From Macrostomum hystrix (taxonomy: Eukaryota; Animalia; Platyhelminthes): DNA of 64,000 bases. Location: contig CATNEN010000031.1 in assembly GCA_950097015.1 (NCBI GenBank), positions 744,001 to 808,000 of the forward strand, read 5' to 3'. Position numbers and translations under genes: made by a program. The notes under the pieces were generated by a model that worked only from the letters and a program-made list of their open reading frames with translations, searched no databases and was not told the origin of the DNA. How positions within the stretch are numbered: the stretch's first letter is position 1; every line of letters begins with the position of its first letter. Shown here in pieces: positions 56,401 to 64,000 of the stretch.

Positions 56401-57849
56401 GTGTTTGTATTGTGACGTACAAGCCTGGGAATCTAAATTGCTATGAAAATAAGGCTGCGTCCCAATTAGTGGTTAGACGAAGGTCAGAACTCAGTCAGGA
56501 TAATGAGAGAGCAGTTGTATTTCTTGAATAAAGGAAAGATTCGTTACGAATGAGGGGCAACACTTATAAAGCTTTGGGGAAACATTAAATCTTTAGTCTA
56601 TGTCCAGGGCGCGAGTATTTTTAAGACTGAGACTGATGTCAGTTTGGGTATCTGCGGAATAAGCAAAGTTTTCTCTTGCTGGATGGAGGTCTACTGTCAC
56701 GAAATGATACGCCACTGCCCACAGCAAATGCTGATTAAGATTTGAGACTTGTTCGAGTGTCTCATAAAGTCCGATAGACCTATTTGCAAGCGTAGAAGTA
56801 GAAACTCTCCATTGAGTCTATCTTCAACCAAGTGACGGATGGACCAGCCAAGAAATGTCCTCAAGGCCAAGACCTAGTCACGCGTAAGAGTTTTCCAGGT
56901 TCCTAGACCCTGACACTGGGGCAAGAGCTTACTCAAAATTTCAATCGATATCTGCAGCAAAGCACCACAGGCGAGAACGAAACGACCGTGATGGAAATTA
57001 CAGACTGCGACAAATAACCAGCTGCTACACAGATGGATTAGAGAGCCTCTTGATTGCTAAATTGTCCCAACAGGAGCGCACTCAACAGAACGTTAATGGG
57101 CTGCCGGAGTACAACTCCGAATGGGGCTCGACATCAGCCAATTAAGAAGACACTCAAGACAATCAAAAGCGTAGGTCATAGGAAAAAAGTTTATTGCAAG
57201 GAGATTTTTGTAACAAATTCATTTGTCGAACGGATGTACTTTCAAGGGGTCTCAGAGAGTGCTGACGCATGCGTCAACTGACCAAGGTCATGACCGAAGT
57301 TTCCATATTGTCAATACTTCGCCCTTTCTATCTGCCTCTGTGTCGGTTTTTGCGCGCAATCTTACTCCGCTTTATCCTGTGTCCCTCCGTCTGTTTAAAT
57401 TCTTGAATAGCCTTTATTTCTCTCTCGTCTTGGATTGGCTCGATGTGCGTCCTTTTCTCACTCTCACCCTCCTCCATTCATCTCTTACCCAACCCCAATT
57501 CTCTTACCCTCCAGCCCCCTCAGTATTATTATTATTAAATCTCGTGTTATATAAATAAATGGACTCTCGGCCTAGGGGCTTACACACGCTCTTCCTATAC
57601 GTTTTCAGAGTCGTACATTCGGTCTCTGACTGCAAAGACAATCTATTGCGGGATATCCATGGAAAATTATTAAAAATATCTAACAGAAAACAAGGTCCTT
57701 TAAAAAGAATCATGTAATCTACAATCGAATGAACTAGTTAATTGTTACGATTAGATAAGCTAGCTAACCTTCTCTGCAATCAATTGAATAATCTATGAGT
57801 ACTCAATATCGAAAAAAGTAATTTGGCAATTATGTCGGAATGCGCTCAC

Positions 57850-60800
57850 GCTTAGCACTACTCATACACGAAGTACTTACGTAACTGACTGCAGTCAATC
57901 GAATGCTCGGTACGGCTGAGCACATTCTTGCCAGCTGCAGTTTGATTCACCTGGCAGACTATCAGGACATGGCTTGTAGCTTGGCATTGCTGCTGTGAAA
58001 TCTCGAGAATCGTACCATTTTCAACTGGTAAAAGTTTCGGCACTGACCCAATGGATTCACTCTGCAAAGTTAGGGTCGCTCTCTCGGTTTCCGAAGACTC
58101 GTGAGAGGATGGAAACGTCAGGCACGTAAGCAGCACATGAGAAAGCAGAATGCTTGAGAATTTGAGAAGAAAAGACGTGAACGAAAGTCGGGAAGGGAGC
58201 AGAAGGCGGAAATTAGGAAGTTCTTCATAAGCGATAGAATACGCTTGTATTGACATAACAAAGCAGAGACGAGCGAATCTGACAAGGACAATAATGAGAT
58301 AGGATGATTGGCAAAGTGAACGATTGTACTGAAATATTTCAATAAATATAAGCATAACTTGTAGCATAAAAGGACAACGAATTCCAAACCTATATGAAGA
58401 AATGCACTCACTGAATTCATCGAACACATTGTACTTGGCTTTGGATTCGCTTCCGAAACTGAAACTTCCACTGACACGTGCCTTTGGTTGAGTCGATGAA
58501 GCTTGACGCTAACCCGAGGCTGATCTACCCGAGGTAAATCAATAACAGAAACTGGTAATTGGATGATGATGACAAATAGATAAGAACTATTCTGTATCTC
58601 TCACAAAATACGCTGACGTTTTGAACAAGCTGATCAGCTCTCCTTGAGCACGGGTGATTAGCGATGCACACCAGTTTGGAGCCGTGCATCGATCGACGCG
58701 CTGCGATGCGGAACGCGGACTGGCCGTTCGATTCAGCAATATTCTCTAGTGAGATGTTCTCCTGCAAAGCAGTTCGTTCAAGAATTTTGTGCTTATGCGA
58801 TTCCTAAATGCCAATAAAGCTATTGAAAACCTACAGATGGGTGTTTAGTCTTGAGTAGCAGCCAGCATTGGTACTTCACTTGAGGGCTGTCACTGACTGG
58901 GCTGACATTGACAGAAATGCCGTCGCCCTCCCAAACACTGACAGTCTGCGTTGCAGTCCATCTGCTTTCTGGCTGCTCTAAAACGAAATAAGTTTATCAT
59001 CAAGAACACGAAACGTAAACGAATCCGCCTCAGTGCGCAGTGTCATCAGGCGAGACACTGGGTTGTCTACTACGAGTATTTTTCCTCAGCCTAATGTAGA
59101 GTGCAGAATTACGGTAATATTTATTTTAACCAATCATGCGCTAGCTACTCTACTCATCCGCTCAATAGTATTTTTTTTAAATGCGAACCAAAAAACATAC
59201 AAGTACAGCATGTGATTCATTTTAACAAAAAGGAGAAACGAATCAATCAAAAGTCATGTGACTACTATTAATAGTATCAAATCATTACGTTGTTTAGCGC
59301 TGTTTTGCACTACTAAACAGAAAAATTCCGCAACCCAACCACAATGACTCCTGCAAGGCTCTGAAAGCAACCGACTTGCGCTCAATGGAGCTCATTCACT
59401 GTGCATGCGGACCTTTTCCTAAGTGCAATAGCTCGACACACTAGCGAATACTTTTTCACCTGCCCCCAAGGCATACGATCAAAGTTATTAGGACACGGCC
59501 CATGCCGCACGTCGCAACGAATGCATACAGCACACTATAAAGCTGTTTTGGAAGGGGGTCGGTGCCAGAGCGGTAAACGCGTTTGCCTCTCGCACCACGG
59601 GCCCTGAGCTCGATTCCACGGCGAGGCCACATTTATTTGGGACGCAGCCGCGCAAAGAAGGCTTGGGGCTTGTCGTGCAATTTACGCCCTTGAGGGCCAA
59701 CCTCCAAGGCACAGTGAAGTGTACACTGCCTGACAATGAGAAAGTCAGGGCAGATGTACGCACCTGTGTGAGTGTATGCCTTCGTACGATATTTGTGTGG
59801 GCGTGTGCTCAGGAGTCAGCGAATTGCCTCCTCGCGGGCTGCGGGTCTAGTGTCACAGAATGATTTGCCACTGCCTGCAGCCCTCCTGCAACTATTTTTA
59901 TTATAAGCTTTTTTGACTTACGAGTCAAACCAAAATACACTCACAACACACAATTCAGGCTAAACTTATTTATGCTTATACGAAGGGTGTACTGAAAGTT
60001 TTGAGATGCACCAAAACCAAAAAAGTCTGAGGCAAATTTTCTGTCACTAGTTTTCTATGTAGTTGCCACCAGCTTGTACAAATTTCCTCATTCGGTGAAA
60101 CCACTGCGTCCAGGCTCCAGCCCACTGTTCTTCAGGCACTGCTGAAACCACCCGCTCGAACTCGATTCTTGCTGCTTCAAGGCTCTCAAACCGAGTGCCA
60201 TGCAGTTGGTTCTTCACCAAAGGGAAGAGAAAGAAGTCGCAGGGTGCCATATCGCGCGAATATGCAGGATGCGTCACCAGCTGGACTCCATTCTCGGCCA
60301 GAAATGCCAATGTTGCAGCAGCCGTGTGCGCACTGGCATTGTCGTGGTGCAGCAGCAGGCCACAAAGTTGCGCGACCGGCGTCTGCGCCACGCTTCGAAC
60401 AGCAGCCAGCGGCAGGCACTGGTTGATATACCAGTCGGCATTGACTTACGCCTGTCTTGGAGCGCTACAGTCGCCAGGTGGCCAGCCTGGCTGAAGAAAG
60501 TCCCCACCATCTGCTTCCCGACGCTGCGGGCCCGCTTGACCTTCGTTGGAGTGGCATCATCCGGAAGGAGCCAAACTGCCGACTGCTGCTTGGTTTCCGG
60601 GTCGTACTGGTAGACCCAGGTCTCGTCGCCGGTGACAATCTCCCAGCATCGATTCGAGATGCCAGAGCCGAATCTTTCGAGCATGAATTCGCACTAACGC
60701 ACCCTCTCCGCTTTCTGGTCCTCCGTCAGGTTGTGGGGCACCCATTGGGCACATCGTTTGGAGGCTCACAGCTTGTCGTGTAGGATGGTCGTAACCGCTG

Positions 60801-61885
60801 CCGATCCAATGCCAAGAGCCTCTTTGAACTCGCCACAGGTCATTCGCCGGTCTTCGTCGATCATTCTCCGGACGGCAGCGATGTTTTCATCCGTGACAGC
60901 GGAAGCTGGACGTCCCGACCGAGGCTCGGTCATCAAGGCTGCTCCGGCCCCACTTGCATTGGCTGTCCCACCGAAAAACGGTGGCACGTGGCTTGGTCTC
61001 CAAAGGCAGCACGTAAACTTTCAACGCATTGCTCTTGTGTGAGACCTTTACGCTGGTCGTAAACTATCATGGCACGAAAGTCGCGGTTTGTCAACTCCAT
61101 TGGAGCGAGTACAGTTTGGTAGGGGGTATTGACTTTGAAGAGTGATTGTGAAAAATTGCCAAGAGCGCAAAGGCTGAAATTTATACTTAATCATTTTTAA
61201 GGAGGTAGAGTATGTACATTAAAAGGCGTGCAGCTGAGACATTTGAGTCAGCCGTATCTCAAAACTTTCAAAACGATCCTCGCACGATGTGTAATATGTA
61301 TGCATGTATAAATTCACACCGAAACTCAAGCTTCTCTGAAAGGTATGCATCTCAGAGCAATGAACGAGAAATACTCACTTCGCACGTTAATTCTGCTGCT
61401 GTTGAACACTGCCGCATTGGCACCCGAGAAATTTTGCTTCATTCTGCAGCTAATCACCTTCCCACTGTCCTCCAATGACATGTTGAAACTGAAGGAAAAG
61501 CCACCCTGGACCACTTTCTGCTAAAATGTAACAATGGTATTTCAAGACTTCTCCTTAAGCAATCGCATGTTACTTATTGGTTAGCTGATGTTGAGGCTAC
61601 AGTGATTTAAGCATTTTGTACTTGGCCTCACATTGCGTGACTCTGAAAATGTGCCAGCGAAAGTGCAGCTGACAAATGAGGCTTCAGGATTTCCAAGGTC
61701 GGTCACATTGAGGCGGAAATGTGCAGTGAAGCTGTGACACAAGACTGGGGACAGCTGCTGTACTGTTGCAGCTGGCCGGTCTACAAAGGAGTAACCGTAT
61801 TTAGCTTGTGTATGACACTTGCAATCTGTTTCTGACTGCTTATTTTAAAAGAGAGAATGCCAGTATGAACTTTTCAGTAAACTCA
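57850..61885. repeat. Segmental duplication of 39690-43685 (offset ~18.2 kb)
   Basis: Near-identical from 58235 to 61885 including the mariner; visibly more diverged at 57850-58234. Confidence 0.97.
59981..61282 (-). mobile_element. Decayed mariner, duplicate of 41781-43082
   Basis: Same flanks and same lesions, so it inserted before the segmental duplication. Confidence 0.95.
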
Positions 61886-62161
61886 GGGAGGAAAAACCTC
61901 AGTAAAACGGAGACTATTGGCCTAGACCGAGGGCTTTGAGCAGATATAATCTGGAAATATACGTCTGGAAGTGTTAGTTGGACTCTGTCAGAGTCTGAAA
62001 TTTAACAAAAGAAGGCTTGAAATTCATGCAATGGTGTCTATATATTCGTATGCGCACTGACCGCTAACACGAACTGCTCAGAAACATCTTTTCTTACGTT
62101 GAGTGGCTTCTTGTAAGTAATGTGGCAGAGACACGTCATAGTCACATGGAAAGTAGGAAGT

Positions 62162-63368
62162 AGGAACCGTGGATTCCCATGCCACAGAGATTAACAAAAA
62201 ATGTGGATACCCTATTCTTCTCTTAAGGAAATTAGCTAGCCATGGGGCGGTCAGATACAATCAGCTCATGCTGTACTGCACAGCAATGATAGAAAGCATA
62301 GCTCTGTACGCCTCCGAGGCCTGGGGGGCTTTTGTCTCGTGGAACCTGGGTCCTTGGGACCGCTGTCTTGTGGAAAGGGTAAACATCAGGTGCTGTAAAG
62401 CCATACTACAAGTCAGCCAAAATACGGATGGCAACGGGGCCCGCTCGGAGTTAGGCAGATTGCCTTTATTATACAACATCCAGAAAAGAAGCATTTCGTA
62501 CTGGGCCTCCATAACAAGCCGGCCGGACTCCATAATTTTCAAGTTATTGGCGGACCAAACATACAGTGATGTTGGAATCAAAGCAAAGACCAACAATGAC
62601 GTTATGCTGAACTGCAGAGGCATTAGTCCCGCAAAAGCAATTGGAAACCACAGGAAAAATTTCGTTTCTCAGTTTGATACCCATTGGAGACAAAGGACAC
62701 AGAACTCAAGCAAGCTAAGACACTTCTATTACTCCTTCAAGCAATATTATTCAGCCGAAAAATATTTACAGCAAGTATACAACCCGGAGTTGAGACGTAC
62801 CATATCCTCGTTTAGACTAGGAAACCATAAGCTAGCTTGCGAAACATTGCGAACTGCAAGACCGAAAATTCCGTATGAGAACAGATTATGTAGTAAGTGC
62901 AAAACAGAAGTTGAAAACGAGGTCCACTTCCTTTTTAAGTGCAGTTGGAATATGTATAGCGCAGCACGTTCGAATTTTGAGAAGGAAATTTCTGGGAAAA
63001 CTCCCAATTTCATATCCTTAACAGCAGAAGAGAAATCTAACTACATAATGGCTCAAGACGATAGGGAAACCAATGAAGCTTTAGCAAAATACATCATAGA
63101 TATCTCTAAAATAAGGGAACAGCTGCCCTGAGACTACAAGCTCGCATTAACATTTAACAATATATATATTGTTTTATTCGTGGCGTCCCTTGTGTTTTTA
63201 CTGCTCTTATTTTTAATACCTTTGCTTTTGCTTTTCCCTTCCCAGCTCGATAGTGGAATCCTACAAAACTTCGCCTTTTATGTTATGTTTTTCGTTGTCC
63301 ATTAAAATATTTGTCAACAAAAATATATAAAGAAAAAAAAATCAGCACCCATAGATGGCGTGCGCGTT

Positions 63369-63399
<31 letters not shown>
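62162..63399 (+). mobile_element. Heavily 5'-truncated LINE of the same family as 20177-23446
   Basis: Matches ~22226-23446; ends ATCAGCACCCATAGATGGCGTGCGCGTTTT(AAT)n; no TSD found. Confidence 0.95.
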
Positions 63400-63400
<1 letters not shown>

Positions 63401-63790
63401 CAGGCAAACATAAACATCACTGATTCAAGTTTAACTTATAATAATTAACTTATTAACCAGACAATTATTCATCTGCTATCAGACTCGGATATAGTTTCAT
63501 CCAACAACTGAACGGTTATTGACAAGTTTAAACTGGAATTTCGCATGGCTTTGGACTAGCAGTCAGCGCGAGAGCGCCATGGGTCAAGCTTAGAATTTGA
63601 GTACAAAACACACAGGATCCTGGAGTTATCCTATGCTGCAGCATTCAGACTTGAAGTTGAGCGGTATTGCAGTTTGGAAATGGTTATTGTTGTCACTGCT
63701 TCTTGGAAAGCCTAGGGCTAAAGTGACCGACTCAATCGGTATGATGCAGACTTGTCAAAACAAATCTAGCAACGTGAGTTTGGATACTGT
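63400..63790. repeat. Diverged paralog of the region upstream of gene D (~47115-47640)
   Basis: Shared blocks AAACAGGCAAACATAAA, CGGATATAGTTTCAT, GCTGCAGCATTCAGACTTGAAGTTGA. Confidence 0.8.
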
Positions 63791-64000
63791 CATGAGAAAC
63801 AGGGATTGCGGTATTTTGAACTCATGAAGAGTAATCGACCATTTTCATTAGCTCGTTCTAGAGCTCTTTGCTTTTGTCTCTCTATTTCTTCTCATTACAT
63901 GATTCACTCGAGCCGTAGCCTCAAAGCCGCCGTAGACAATAATGGGGAATACCGATACCCCTAATGAGCACTGATGCAAAAGTCTATTCAAAGTTAGTCA

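Larger units (their letters stand above)
55069..61885 (-). pseudogene. Receptor gene F: 5'-truncated chimera of three D-like Ig domains, a B-type juxtamembrane Ig, TM and tyrosine cassette tail
   Basis: 57850-61885 copies gene D; exon ~56160-56010 (GTLLVISIRVKEGGWISGMKCSLL); TM exon ~55930-55586 (RLLLVAAVLFSIVLGVVVSISVW); cassettes 55504-55436, 55267-55199, 55110-55069; no signal or lectin exons found upstream. Confidence 0.7.

Overview
Eukaryotic, repeat-rich genomic DNA with many short GT-AG introns; an invertebrate animal, possibly a free-living flatworm such as Macrostomum (inference only). The window is dominated by a minus-strand tandem array of multi-exon genes that the ORF track shows only as fragments. 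Assembled by hand via splice sites and phases, they encode type-I membrane proteins: signal peptide, 0-2 F5/8C/F-type-lectin-like domains, about 3-6 divergent Ig-like domains, one TM helix, and one of three tail types. Genes A (14.0-6.6 kb) and D (46.6-38.2 kb) end in a tandem ITIM(-like)+ITSM tail. Genes B (24.4-17.0 kb) and F (61.9-55.1 kb) carry phase-0 tyrosine micro-exon cassettes (TxY..EE...RDPN). Gene C (35.4-28.0 kb) and relic E (53.5-51.5 kb) have a poly-Q tail. The array shows birth-and-death turnover: a recent ~4 kb segmental duplication, a chimeric gene, two LINEs inserted into exons (with recoverable TSDs), a nonsense codon and a frameshifting duplication. Also present: a 3-exon HLH gene (+ strand), two decayed mariners, a THAP-bearing TIR element, several MITEs, a tRNA-derived SINE family, a probable Maverick/Polinton fragment, and about ten mini/microsatellites. 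All exon models are manual and lack transcript support.
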